DNA from: an uncultured Planctomycetaceae bacterium
Lineage (GTDB): Bacteria > Planctomycetota > Planctomycetia > Isosphaerales > Isosphaeraceae
Reading direction: 5' to 3'
Length of the DNA stretch: 64,000 bases
Assembly: GCA_963833985.1 (NCBI GenBank)
Contig: CAWIAD010000002.1
Coordinates: forward strand, 2,560,001-2,624,000
Numbering within the stretch: the first letter of the stretch is position 1; every line of letters begins with the position of its first letter. Position numbers and translations under genes: made by a program. Positions 41,532-52,302 of the stretch are shown piece by piece. Under the pieces are notes generated by a model. The model saw only the letters and a program-made list of their open reading frames with translations, did no database searches and was not told the DNA's origin.

Positions 41532-42455
41532 ATGCCGCCCGCAGCCACCGTCGCCGGCCGTCTGGCACCCTCCCCCACGGGGGGGCTGCATCTCGGGCAC
41601 GCGCGGACGTTCCTGATTGCCTGGCTGGCGGCGCGGAGCGCGCAGGGGAGAGTCGTCCTGCGGATCGAGGACCTGGACGCCACGCGCGTTCGAGCCAGCG
41701 CCGCGGAGTCTGCCGTGGTGGACCTCAGGTGGCTCGGTCTCGACTGGGACGAAGGCCCTTTTCTTCAGAGCCAGCGCGGCGCGTTGTACGACCGGGCCCT
41801 GCATCAGCTCAGGGCCGCGGAGTTGATCTACCCATGCACCTGCACCCGTTCCGACATCGCCCGGGCCGCGAGTGCCCCCCATGCCGAGGACGAAGCTCCA
41901 AGCTACCCCGGTACCTGCTCCGGCCTCCGCGCCAGCGCCGCGGACGCCCTGGCCCAGCGGCCGTTCGCCTGGCGGTTCCGGGTTCCACCGGGGCCGGTGT
42001 CCTGGGAGGATCAGTTCCTGGGCCCGACCTCGCTGGAGCCATCCCGGCAAGGCGGCGACTTCGTGGTGGCACGCCACGGGTTTGGGCCCGCATACCAGTT
42101 GGCGGTCGTGGTGGACGATGCCCTGATGGGCATCACGCAGGTGATTCGCGGCGACGATCTGGCGCCAAGCACCCCCCGGCAGATCCTCCTCTATCGTGCG
42201 CTCGGAGCAGCCCCTCCGGACTTCGGGCATGTTCCCCTGGCGGTCACTGCCGACGGCCGCCGTCTGGCCAAGAGGGACGGGTCGATCAAGCTGGCCGCCC
42301 TCCGCGAGCAGGGAGTCGATCCACGGCAGCTTGTCGGTCGGCTTGTGCAGTCATGCGGCTGGTCCAGAACCATCGAACCGTCGTGGCCCTCGGCGTGGAC
42401 TTCGCGGTACGATCCCGGCGCCCTGCCGCGTGAACCGTGGGTGGCATGCTGGTAA
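41532..42455 (+). CDS. gluQ: Glutamyl-Q tRNA(Asp) synthetase
   Basis: GRLAPSPTGGLHLGH, LRIEDLD, YPCTCTR, YQLAVVVDD and RLAKR; no anticodon-binding domain. Confidence 0.92.
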   Translation: MPPAATVAGRLAPSPTGGLHLGHARTFLIAWLAARSAQGRVVLRIEDLDATRVRASAAESAVVDLRWLGLDWDEGPFLQSQRGALYDRALHQLRAAELIYPCTCTRSDIARAASAPHAEDEAPSYPGTCSGLRASAADALAQRPFAWRFRVPPGPVSWEDQFLGPTSLEPSRQGGDFVVARHGFGPAYQLAVVVDDALMGITQVIRGDDLAPSTPRQILLYRALGAAPPDFGHVPLAVTADGRRLAKRDGSIKLAALREQGVDPRQLVGRLVQSCGWSRTIEPSWPSAWTSRYDPGALPREPWVACW

Positions 42456-42484
42456 GCGGGCCAGGGCGGAAGGAACGCGGGTCT

Positions 42485-43470
42485 TCAGTAAGAGTCGGCC
42501 GAGATCACCTCGCTGCCGGCTCGTGTGCCCAGGGCCTGGAGGACCATGCTGCTGGGGGAGTAGATGGTTGAACCGTCGGGGCGCTGGCCCGAGTTCCGCA
42601 GCACGCTCTTGAGGAAGTGGACTGAACCGTCGGCGAAGACGGCGTTGGCCCCGCCCGGATGTCGGCTGGAGAAGTCGTCCAGGCCGCCGTCCGGGTCGGT
42701 GTCCGTGTTCAGCACGTTGCAGTGAGCCTGAACCATGGATGCGGCCAGGTAGTAGAGCGCCCCGGTGCGTGGACAGGGATTAGCGGGCCCCCGGCCGATG
42801 ACTCCGTTCGTCGCCACGCCGGCCCACGGGCCGCTGTTGATCGACCAGGCGCGCTCGGCCACCACGATGGTTTGACTGGCGCCGTCGGTGATCGCGGCCA
42901 TGCGGACCGCACTGTTCCGGAACAGCACGCCGTTGCCCTGTCCGTCGTTGTTCAGGCCCGTGGTCGTGTCCGCGAAGTCGTTGCCCACGCACGCGGCGTA
43001 GCTCGTGGGGCCCATGAATGCCAGCACGTTGCCGGCGGAGTCGGTGACGGGGAACGTCCCACCGGGTAATGGATCGGACGGGCAGAGATAGACGTTCTGG
43101 ATCGTCTGGACCACCGTGGAATTCTGAGCGCTTCCACGGCCAGGCCGACGTTGATGGCGGCATGGAGCGGCCCCTGCTCGATCTGGGGCAGGATCATGGA
43201 GCCCCAGCCCCAGCCGGGTGCGGTGTCCGTGGCCCCGTTGATGAAGCGGCTGCGGGCCATGTAGCTCATGGGAAAGGTGCCCACCGTGTCGTGATAGTTG
43301 TTGAGCGCCAGGCCCATCTGCTTCAGGTTGTTCACGCACGAGGCGCGCTGCGCCGCCTCACGCGCGGCCTGCACGGCGGGTAAGAGCAAGCTGATCAGGA
43401 CGGCGATGATGGCGATCACAACCAGCAGCTCGATGAGCGTGAACCCGCGACGGAGACGGAGTTGCTCCAT
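42485..43470 (-). CDS. DUF1559 prepilin-type protein; apparent indel near 43125
   Basis: [41 protein letters not shown] and [18 protein letters not shown]. Confidence 0.92.
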
Positions 43471-43701
43471 GGACCTGTTCCTTCCCTTGACGGCAATGCC
43501 CTGTCTTGAGCCAGCCTCGTACGAGCGCCCGGACGATTGACAAGGCAATCATCGTTCCTTCAGTATGAGATTCTCTAAATTCCAGTGATTCTTGGGTTTG
43601 CGTGCTGGCCTTGAAGGCCCGCGCGTTGCCTGCCGGCGAGAAAACCGCCACGCGTGGCGAAAAAGTCGCCGGGGAATCGGGTCTGGCACGGGTGAGGTCG
43701 C

Positions 43702-45123
43702 ATGCGCTGGTCGATCCGCCAACAGGTGCTGCTGCCGATCGTGGCGATCCAGGCCCTGGCGATCGCGGCGATCACCGTCGCCTCCATGCTGCTGGCGGCG
43801 CGGCGGACCGAGCGGCAGATCATCGAGCGTGTCACCGGTGTGGTCGATGCGCTGGGCGGCTCAGCCTTTCCTCTCACCGAGGGGATCTTGAACCGCATGC
43901 ACAGTCTCTCCGGCGCCCGCTTTGTGGCCTACGGGCGAGACGGCTTGCCGGCGGCCGCCAGCGAACCGGGACTGGCGGCCGGTGCACCAGCGATCGAGGC
44001 CATCCCGGTACGCAGCCAGGAACGCATCGACAGACTGAGCGGCGCGCCGGCCGTGACGATCCGGGGCGAGAGCCATCTCGCCGTGCTCATCGGCCCGCGC
44101 CCGGCCACATCCGGGACCGCGCTGCTGGTGCTTTATCCGGAGTCGAGCTGGCGCGAGGCGCGGTGGGAATCTGCCCAGGTGCCGCTGGTCCTGGGGGCAG
44201 GGGCGCTGGTGCTGCTGGCCTGCGCGACGTCCTGGGTTGCTCACCGCATCAGCGAGCGCGTCCGCATCCTCGAACACCAGGTGGCCCGCATCGCGGAAGG
44301 CGATTTCCGAGAGCTGGCGATCCCCCATAACCGCCCGCGTGACGAGGTGACCGACCTGGCCCGCTCCATCAACCGCATGTGCGTGCAGTTGCGCCAGATG
44401 AGCCAGACGATCCGCCAGAACGAACGCGCCCACACACTGGCGCAGCTCGCCGCGGGGACCGCGCACCAGCTTCGCAACGCCCTCACCGGCGCGGCTGAGC
44501 CTTCAGCTCCACGGCAAGCGGTGCGACCTGGCGCGCACCGACCCCAGCCTGGAGGTGGCCCAGAAGCAACTGGCACTGATCGAGGAGCAGGTGCGGGGGC
44601 TCCTGACGCTTGGCCAGCTCGAGGTCCGGACGCTTGCCGACTGCAAGCTTGTGGCACTCTTGCACGAGGTCGCCGCGCTGCTGGAAGCCACCAGCCAGCA
44701 CGCCCGGGTCTCGCTCCGCGTGGAACCCGGACCGGACGGATCGGACGTCCTGGTTTCGGCCGACGCGCCGAGCCTGCGCCAGCCGTCCTGAACATGGTCC
44801 TCAACGGTATCGAGGCCGCCGGCCCGGGCGGCTCGGTGCTGCTGGCCCTCCGGGGCGGCGGTGCGGCACACACCATCGAGGTGAGCGATGATGGACCGGG
44901 TCCTCCAGAGGACCTCGGAGACAGCGTCTTCGATCCGTTCGTGACCGCCAAGCCCGAGGGAGTGGGGCTCGGCCTTGCTCTGGCCCGCCAGGTGGCCCAA
45001 GCGCATCATGGAAGCGTGTCGTGGGCACGCGAGGGAGGATTCACCCGGTTCCGGCTGACCTTGCCCGGCAATGGCACACCCGGCCACGCAAACGAAGCTC
45101 ATGAGCCATGTCCTGATCGTTGA
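43702..45123 (+). CDS. HAMP-domain sensor histidine kinase; two compensating indels near 44490 and 44785
   Basis: Two TM segments, HAMP (DEVTDLARSINRM), H-box AHQLRNAL, NMVLNG, DDGPG and GVGLGL. Confidence 0.9.
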   Translation: MRWSIRQQVLLPIVAIQALAIAAITVASMLLAARRTERQIIERVTGVVDALGGSAFPLTEGILNRMHSLSGARFVAYGRDGLPAAASEPGLAAGAPAIEAIPVRSQERIDRLSGAPAVTIRGESHLAVLIGPRPATSGTALLVLYPESSWREARWESAQVPLVLGAGALVLLACATSWVAHRISERVRILEHQVARIAEGDFRELAIPHNRPRDEVTDLARSINRMCVQLRQMSQTIRQNERAHTLAQLAAGTAHQLRNALTGAAEPSAPRQAVRPGAHRPQPGGGPEATGTDRGAGAGAPDAWPARGPDACRLQACGTLARGRRAAGSHQPARPGLAPRGTRTGRIGRPGFGRRAEPAPAVLNMVLNGIEAAGPGGSVLLALRGGGAAHTIEVSDDGPGPPEDLGDSVFDPFVTAKPEGVGLGLALARQVAQAHHGSVSWAREGGFTRFRLTLPGNGTPGHANEAHEPCPDR

Positions 45124-46534
45124 TGATGAGGCGAGCATCTGCTGGGCGCTGCGGGAGTTCCTGGGGGACCTCGGGCATACCGTCGATGTGGCGTCGTCCG
45201 CGGAAGAAGGGCTGGAGCTGGCCGGGCGCGGGCCCCCCGACGCCGTGATCCTCGACGTTCGCCTGCCGGGGGTCGACGGCCTCTCGGCGCTGGGCCGGTT
45301 CCGCGAGCTGGCCGGCCCGGCTCCCATCATCGTGATCACGGCGTTCGGCAACCTGGACACGGCGGTCCGGGCACTGGAGGGCGGCGCGTTCGATTACCTG
45401 GTGAAGCCTTTCGATCTCGATCAAGCTTCCTCCGTGATCGCCCGCGCCCTCACCGGACGGCCAGGCCCGGCGGAGAACGACGGCAAGACGGCGGCCTCGG
45501 GCACGCTCACCAGGGCGGAATCTTCGCTTCTGATCGGCCACTCACCGGCCATGCAGGAGCTCTACAAGCAGATTGCGCTGGTGGCGCCGACGGACGTTCC
45601 GGTACTGATCACCGGTGAGAGCGGCACCGGCAAGGAGCTCGTGGCCCGGGCCATCCATCGCCACAGTGCGCGACGGAGCAGGACATTCGTCCCCATCTGC
45701 GTGGCGGCCCTCAGCTCGAGCCTCATCGAACGCGAGCTGTTCGGCCACCTCCGCGGCTCGTTCACCGGCGCCGTTCAGGATCGCAAGGGGGTGCTGGAGC
45801 TGGCGGCCGGCGGCACGGTGCTGCTCGATGAGATCGGCGACGTGCCGCCGGCCGTTCAGGTGAAGCTGCTGCGCACCATCGAGCACCACGAGGTGACTCC
45901 CGTGGGCGATGCCCGTCCCCGGCCGGTGGATGTGCGCTTCCTGGCCGCGACTAACCGGCCGCTGGGCGAGCTCATGGCGTCCGGCGAATTCCGGGAGGAT
46001 CTCTTCTTCAGGCTCAGCGTCTTTCCGATCCGCCTGCCTCCGCTGCGCGACCGGCGCGACGACATCCCGGCGCTGGCCGCCCATTTCCTCAGCCTCTTGA
46101 ACGGGCCGAGCCCCGAGCGGGTCGTGCTCCGCGAGGAGGTGGTCCGAGAGCTGCGGTCACGGCCCTGGCTGGGCAACGTCCGCGAGCTCCGGAATGCGAT
46201 CGAGCGGGCGGCGATCGTTGCCCGCGGCCGCGACATCCACCTTGAGCACCTGCCTCCGCCCGCGGAGCCCGTGCCAGGGCCACCCGCGCCCTCCGCGGTC
46301 GCCGAGGCGATCAGCGGCCAGATCACCGCCTGGTTCGAGCACGAGCGGCATGCAACCAACCAGTCGGCAGCCGCCGAGGCCACACTCTACGACCGGTTCC
46401 TTGCGGTGGTCGAACCCCCGTTGCTGCGGGCACTGCTCAGCCGCAACCAGGGCAACCGTGCCAGCGCGGCCGTCGAGCTGGGCATCCACCGTGCCACCTT
46501 GCGGCAGAAGCTGAAACGCTACGGCATCGAATGA
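45101..46534 (+). CDS. Sigma-54-dependent response regulator (NtrC family)
   Basis: REC domain, GESGTGKE, ELFGH..GSFTGA, LDEIG, GNVREL and Fis-type HTH. Confidence 0.95.
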   Translation: MSHVLIVDDEASICWALREFLGDLGHTVDVASSAEEGLELAGRGPPDAVILDVRLPGVDGLSALGRFRELAGPAPIIVITAFGNLDTAVRALEGGAFDYLVKPFDLDQASSVIARALTGRPGPAENDGKTAASGTLTRAESSLLIGHSPAMQELYKQIALVAPTDVPVLITGESGTGKELVARAIHRHSARRSRTFVPICVAALSSSLIERELFGHLRGSFTGAVQDRKGVLELAAGGTVLLDEIGDVPPAVQVKLLRTIEHHEVTPVGDARPRPVDVRFLAATNRPLGELMASGEFREDLFFRLSVFPIRLPPLRDRRDDIPALAAHFLSLLNGPSPERVVLREEVVRELRSRPWLGNVRELRNAIERAAIVARGRDIHLEHLPPPAEPVPGPPAPSAVAEAISGQITAWFEHERHATNQSAAAEATLYDRFLAVVEPPLLRALLSRNQGNRASAAVELGIHRATLRQKLKRYGIE

Positions 46535-46553
46535 ACGGGTCCCGCCTTTGGGC

Positions 46554-47177
46554 TCATGCCTGATCCACCCTACGGTCAAGGTGTTCGGCCGGTATCCACC
46601 ACGGACCCGGCGCGGGCGGGCGGTAGGGCTCGAGCCGGACGGGACGCAGGCCCCGCGTCCCGCCCAGGTGATGGGCTGGAACCGACCGGACCGGCACGGG
46701 CACAAGCGCTCGGAACAGGCGCTGTCGGGCGCGCACCAGCAGGCCGAGATTCACCGCACCGGCCAGCAGCGGGCCGCCAAACACCCAGAACGCCAGCAAC
46801 CCCGTCCGGGGCAGGCGGATGGAGTGGTTCTGGATACCGGCCTTCAGGAACAGGAACTCCACGAGCAGGCCCATCATCAGGCCCGTCATCACGAGCATGA
46901 ACCGCCAGCGGTTGCATGCAATCCAGTCCAGGGGGGCGAGGATGGTCAGCCAGAGTGCGATGATCCCGGCAACCGCGGGGAAACCCATTGAAAAGTTGCT
47001 CATTGCACCCTCCAGGCTCCAGCAATTCAGTCCAAAGCAGACGCTGGAGATCAGTAAGACCGAGGCGTTCAGGCCGGGCAAGATCGTGACCGGGTAGCTC
47101 AGGGCCGCGGCGCACCAGCGCCAAGCGGTGATCTGACCTCGACGGTGCTTGGCGCTCAAATCCATGCTCGACCCCAT
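46554..47177 (-). CDS. Hypothetical membrane protein; boundaries uncertain
   Basis: Four to five hydrophobic segments in the C-terminal part of ORF 46554..48026 occupy the gap between flanking genes. Confidence 0.4.
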   Translation of the reverse strand: MGSSMDLSAKHRRGQITAWRWCAAALSYPVTILPGLNASVLLISSVCFGLNCWSLEGAMSNFSMGFPAVAGIIALWLTILAPLDWIACNRWRFMLVMTGLMMGLLVEFLFLKAGIQNHSIRLPRTGLLAFWVFGGPLLAGAVNLGLLVRARQRLFRALVPVPVRSVPAHHLGGTRGLRPVRLEPYRPPAPGPWWIPAEHLDRRVDQA

Positions 47178-47360
47178 TCCGGACCGATGGCGCACGCCAT
47201 CATGCGGCGGTCCGCGTTTCAATCTATCGGGATCTGGGCCCGCGGCCTGAAGCCGGAACGCATGAACCGGATGACTGCCCCTCTCCGCTTCGGACCCTGT
47301 CCTACAGTTGATGGTGCTGGGACCCTGCACCCGGTGCGCGAGGCGCGCTGGCCTTGGGGC

Positions 47361-49633
47361 ATGGCCCGGCAGTGCCCACCGCCCCCTCTGGAGCGTCTCG
47401 TGACCAACCGGCGCGGATCGGCCCTGCTCATCCTCTTCGGGCTCACGCTCTTCACCGGAGCGCTCCTGCTCTTCTGCGTGCAGCCGATGGCCGCCAGGAT
47501 GGTCCTGCCGTTGCTCGGCGGCTCGCCGGCGGTCTGGACCACCTGCATGGTCTTCTTTCAGGCGATGCTCCTGGCGGGTTATGCCTACGCGCACGCCTCG
47601 ACGCGCTGGCTCGGTCCGCGCTTTCAAGTGGCGGTCCAGTCCATCTTGCTCCTGCTTCCTCTCGCTTCCCTCCCCTTTGGCATTCCCGCGACCGCGGCTC
47701 GGTCGTTGTCCCCCGGAACGGACCCCACCGGCTGGCTCTTCGGAGTCTTGCTGCACATGGTCGCCTTGCCGTTCTTCGTGGTGGCCACCACGGCTCCCCT
47801 CCTGCAAAGCTGGTTCAGCCGATCCAGTCATCCCGCGGCGTCCGACCCCTATTTCCTGTACATCGCCAGCAACTGCGGCAGCATGCTGGCGCTGGCTGCC
47901 TACCCGCTGCTGATCGAGCCCAACCTGCTGCTGGGACAGCAGAGCCTGGCCTGGTCCGCCGGTTACGCGGCTTATGCCGTGCTGGTCTGCGCCTGTGCCG
48001 CGACCTGGGGCATGGGGCAAGGCCACACAACCATGTCTGCCGGTGCGGTCGGCCGGCGCGCCGCGCCATCGGAGCTCTCAAGCCGGCAGGTCCTCCACTG
48101 GGTCGTCCTCTCGTTCATTCCGACCGGCCTCATGCTGGGTGTGACCGCGTACATGACGACCGACATTGCCGCCATTCCCATGCTCTGGGTGATCCCCCTG
48201 GGCCTTTACCTGCTCTCGTTCATCGTCACCTTCGCGCGGCGTCCGGTGCTTCCGCACGCCTGGATGGTGCGGGCCTTACCGATGGCGGCCGTTCTCCTGA
48301 CGCTCATCCTCAGCATCTCATCCGTGGCGCAGCCGATCGTCCTGCCCGTTCACCTGGCCGCGTTCTTCCTGGCGGCCATGGTGTGTCATGGCGAGCTCGT
48401 GCGGCGCAGGCCCACCCAGGAGCACCTCACGGCGTTCTACCTGGCGCTTTCTTGTGGAGGAGTGCTGGGCGGAGTCTTCAATGCTCTGCTGGCTCCGCTT
48501 CTGTTCGACCGGATCGCGGAGTATCCGCTGGCCCTGGTGCTTGCCTGCCTGGTCTTGCCGCAGGCCCGCGCCGACCGCGAGGAAAGGTCCCGGTGGTTCC
48601 TCGACGCAGCCGTGGCGCTGGGGGTCGGGCTGCTCGCGCTGGGACTGGCCAGGTGGACCCAGGGTCCATCGGCCTCCACGCGGGACGGCCTTTCCGCCAG
48701 GCTCGCGTTCGGGCTGCCAGCAATGCTCTGTTATGCCTTCAAGGATCGTCCGCCGCGGTTCGCGCTGGGCCTCGGCGCCGTGCTGCTGGCTGCCGGTGTC
48801 TCACCGGGGACCTCCGGCCTGGTGCTCTTCCAGGAGCGCAACTACTTTGGGGTTGTCCGCGTCACACGCGACCAGGACGGCCGATTCCACCGCCTGATCC
48901 ACGGCCATACTCTTCATGGCCAGCAAGCGCTCGACCCCGCGCGGCGGTCGGAACCTCTCACCTACTACCACCGCACGGGGCCAGTCGGACAGGTCTTCGA
49001 GACGCTGCAAACGCGGCAGACGGGGTTGAACGTGGCCCTGGTGGGACTGGGCGCGGGGTCTCTGGCCGCCTATGGCCGGCCTGGTGATCGCATGACCTAT
49101 TACGAGATCGATCCCATCGTGGTCCGGATCGCGCGTGATCCAGGCTATTTTACCTTTCTGAGCGGCAGCAGGGCGGGCTCCGTGAACGTCGTCCTGGGCG
49201 ATGCGCGGCTGCGGCTGGCCGATGCGCCCGATCGCGACGTCGACCTGCTCGTCCTGGACGCCTTCAGCTCGGACGCCATTCCCGCGCACCTGCTGACCCG
49301 GGAGGCCCTGCGGCTCTACCGCCAGAAGCTGGCAGAGGGTGGCATGATGGCCTTTCACATCAGCAACAAGTGCATCGATCTGGCACCCATCCTGGGCCTG
49401 CTGGCTCGGGACGCGGGCCTCCGCTGCCTGGTCCGCCGTGACCTGGACCTTCCGGCCGTCGACCTGGAGTCAGGGAAGGAGCCGTCAACCTGGGCGGTGC
49501 TCGCCGCCCCCAGCGCGGATCTGGGCTCCATCGCGGCCGATGCGCCTGGGCCGCACCACGCGTGCCCGAACGGGAAGCCGTGTGGACCGATGACTTCTCG
49601 AGCATCATCGGCCACCTGCGGTGGCAGCCCTGA
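47361..49633 (+). CDS. Fused MFS-like membrane domain / spermidine synthase-like methyltransferase; apparent indel near 49545
   Basis: LPLLGGSPAVWTTCMVFFQ, DPYFLY, CHGEL, HGHTLHG, VGLGAG, YEIDP and LDAFSSDAIP; VWTDDFS C-terminus in a shifted frame. Confidence 0.88.
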
Positions 49634-49787
49634 TCGCGCCGGGCGCCTCGTGGGCCGGAGCGTGTTCCTGCTGGATCTGGCAGAGCCCAGGAAACGGCTC
49701 GACCCGGGCCACGAGCCCGGGTCGGCCTGGAGCTGGTCGGGTCGATAAGCGGTCACGAACGATCCCCCGACGGGAGGACGATCCGGT

Positions 49788-50345
49788 TCAATCCTTCAGC
49801 AGCTTCGGCACGTCTTCCATGATGGCATGGATATCCTGGTCGTTCAGCTCGCCCTTGAAGGCGCGGTTGAACTTGACCTGGTGGTGTTTCCACATCAGCA
49901 CGGTGACGTCCGCATCACGAGCAAGCTCGTAGTCGGGAGGACCGTCGGGGCTTTCGCCGATGGTCAGGGGGACATGCTGGATGCCGGCGTCCTTGGCCAG
50001 CTTCACCAGGGCTTCCGCGGGGTGTTCGCCCTTCTTGGGCGTGAGAACCACAAAGCTCTTCAGCTTGTTGTTTTCGCCGATCTGCGCGTCAATCTGCTTG
50101 ACCAGACTGGCCAAGGGTTCGGAGGTCTTGCGGGCGAAGACGCAGACCACCGGAGCATTACCGTACCTTCAGCGGTAGCACAGGGTTTTACCCTTGTTCG
50201 GCCCGGTGATGTCGTCAACCTCGAACGGGCTGACGGCATCGCCGGGCTTCAAACCAGATTTTGCGGCATCACCCGCGACGATGGTCCCCACCAGGGCGAT
50301 GGAGACCAGCGCGACGGGGAAGCCGACAGCGAAGCGGTATCGCAT
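49788..50345 (-). CDS. Secreted thioredoxin-fold-like protein with an in-frame TGA (candidate selenoprotein, CYRU)
   Basis: ORFs 50169..50351 and 49788..50150 are in the same frame and separated only by TGA at 50171-50169: GKTLCYR*RYGNAPVVCVFAR. AGGAG SD and a signal peptide are present. Confidence 0.75.
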
Positions 50346-50411
50346 GGGCATCTCCTCGAGCTGGACCCGACCAGGAGTCCAGCATCCAGTGTCGATTTCC
50401 GGCCATCCCTG

Positions 50412-52280
50412 TCAAGAGGTCGGGGACGGCACGCGGCCGGCGTGCGGCAGAAGCCAGCCATTCCCGGTGCCGGACCGCTCGGACGCCCGCACAGCCTTAG
50501 CTTGGCCCGTGTGCACGGGCAGGGCGGGAGGCGGCACGTTCCACCAGTCCCAGCGATACGAGGCCGGCGGAGGCAGGCCGATGCCCGGAATTCCCAGGTC
50601 CTCGGGCCGTCTCAGCTTTTGCCGCAGCAGCTCCGCGCTCTGGGCGAAGCGCTGGTGCTTCGCCTCTCGCTCCGTCGAATCGTAACGGGCCACGCAGCCG
50701 TGCTTGTAGTACATGCCCGACTTGACGCACGCTCCGGCCCAGACTCCGTCGTCCACCTGGAAGTGCGCGGCGCACTGCCAGGGGTCCAGGTGCGGAGGGG
50801 CGCTCCCCTCTTGCCCCAGGCCCAGCGCCCGCCGCTCGTAGAGCCGGTCAAGCACGGCCTGCGCCAGGTTCAAATGACTGGCGAAGCTGGGGTGGTGGGC
50901 GTCGTGGCAGATGGCGTCGTCGAGGATCCCATGCCGGCTGCCGGGCCGGAGGACCTCGGAGCCCTCGACCAGGATGCAGTGATGGCGGGCCGCGACCTCC
51001 TTGTAAAACTGCGCGAAGTCGCTGCGGCAGCGGACCGGAAAACCGTCGAGGTCGCGAGCACGGATGTAATGAGCCCGCGCCTCGTCGTAGGCGCCCGCGT
51101 GCTCCAGCAGGCGTCCCAGCCGGAAATGGGCCTCGGCAAAACGCTCCTGGCGGTCAAGCAGCGCTCGATACCGCGCCTGGGCCAGCGCCGAGTCGCTCGC
51201 TTCGGTCGCCCGCGCCTCCTCGAACTGCCTCGTCAGCGCGGCCCGCTCTGCCGCCGTGACGCGCGCCGGCAGGACGGTGCGGTTCGGCTCGAAGCCCGAC
51301 TCATTGCTCGGCGGGATCACCAGGATCGGCACCGCGCCGATCTGCTCGCAGTAGCTGACGATCGCCTCCAGCCGGCGTCGAAAACCGGTGACGATGTCCA
51401 GCAGCTCCGACGGAGTGAAGGCCGGGGCGTCGATGATCTGATGGTCGCGGATGGTCGGGGGCGGCCCGCCCAGACGGTGCTTGCGCACGGTCTCATAGAC
51501 CCACAGGCAAAAAGGCGAATGCAGGCTGAGCTGGTAGGCTGCGCTCAGCAAGGCGCCTTCGGGCGCTTCAGTGTATCCCGCGTCACGCAGCGTTTCGAAC
51601 CGTGAGAGGAATTCGTTGTGGCCCGAGAAGACGATGATGGCGTCGGGCCTTCGCGTCAGTTTCGTGAGCTCCATGTGCATATCTTCCAGGCTCCGTCCCA
51701 GGTTGGCCCGGATGTCCAGGTCCACGTGCCTGCCGGGCCGCGCCAGCTCAAGTTGCCAGCCGACGAGACGGCCCATCGAGATGACCGGATCGTAGGGGTA
51801 GCCCATGGCACTTGAGCCGCCCAGGACCACCAGGGAGAGCGCATCGCCGGCCGGCGCAGGGTCGGCAAAACGCGTGGGAAGCACCGGCATCCGGTGGACC
51901 CAGCCCAGCCAGGCCGCGGCCGCCAGCTCCAGGCACAGGACGGCCAGCACTGCCGACCCGCACACCAGCGCCAGTCTGGCCACAAACCGCCTGCGCTGGC
52001 CGCGCCGGCGGGCCCGGATCACCAGCCAGACCGAGCCGGCCAGAAGCAGCGGAGCCAGGACCACGACCAGCCCGTAGGCCGCCAGCAGCGCCCGCAGGAA
52101 GAGCTCGGTGAGGCGCCGGCCCAGCTCTCTGGGAACCAGCGGGGCCCAGGCGTCCCCGACGAACAGACCGCTGGACAGCAGCGACAGGAAAGCGAACGGC
52201 AAGACCCAGCGCGCCACGTTGCGCCACTGCACGCGCCGCGACGCCGAATCACTACTTTCTGGGTGTGTTCCCTCGGTCAT
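50412..52280 (-). CDS. Membrane-anchored SGNH-hydrolase-like protein with TPR repeat
   Basis: Three N-terminal TMs, VLGGSSAMGYPY, FSGHNEF, AEAHFRLGRLL and DAHHP. Confidence 0.75.
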   Translation of the reverse strand: MTEGTHPESSDSASRRVQWRNVARWVLPFAFLSLLSSGLFVGDAWAPLVPRELGRRLTELFLRALLAAYGLVVVLAPLLLAGSVWLVIRARRRGQRRRFVARLALVCGSAVLAVLCLELAAAAWLGWVHRMPVLPTRFADPAPAGDALSLVVLGGSSAMGYPYDPVISMGRLVGWQLELARPGRHVDLDIRANLGRSLEDMHMELTKLTRRPDAIIVFSGHNEFLSRFETLRDAGYTEAPEGALLSAAYQLSLHSPFCLWVYETVRKHRLGGPPPTIRDHQIIDAPAFTPSELLDIVTGFRRRLEAIVSYCEQIGAVPILVIPPSNESGFEPNRTVLPARVTAAERAALTRQFEEARATEASDSALAQARYRALLDRQERFAEAHFRLGRLLEHAGAYDEARAHYIRARDLDGFPVRCRSDFAQFYKEVAARHHCILVEGSEVLRPGSRHGILDDAICHDAHHPSFASHLNLAQAVLDRLYERRALGLGQEGSAPPHLDPWQCAAHFQVDDGVWAGACVKSGMYYKHGCVARYDSTEREAKHQRFAQSAELLRQKLRRPEDLGIPGIGLPPPASYRWDWWNVPPPALPVHTGQAKAVRASERSGTGNGWLLPHAGRVPSPTS

Positions 52281-52302
52281 CGATCACGCGCCTTCTTGAG
52301 CC

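Noticed and set aside
45750..45775. GSFTGA instead of GAFTGA in the sigma-54 activator
   Set aside because: This is a common functional variant. I also found no correctly spaced -24/-12 promoter upstream of the divergent DUF1559 gene.
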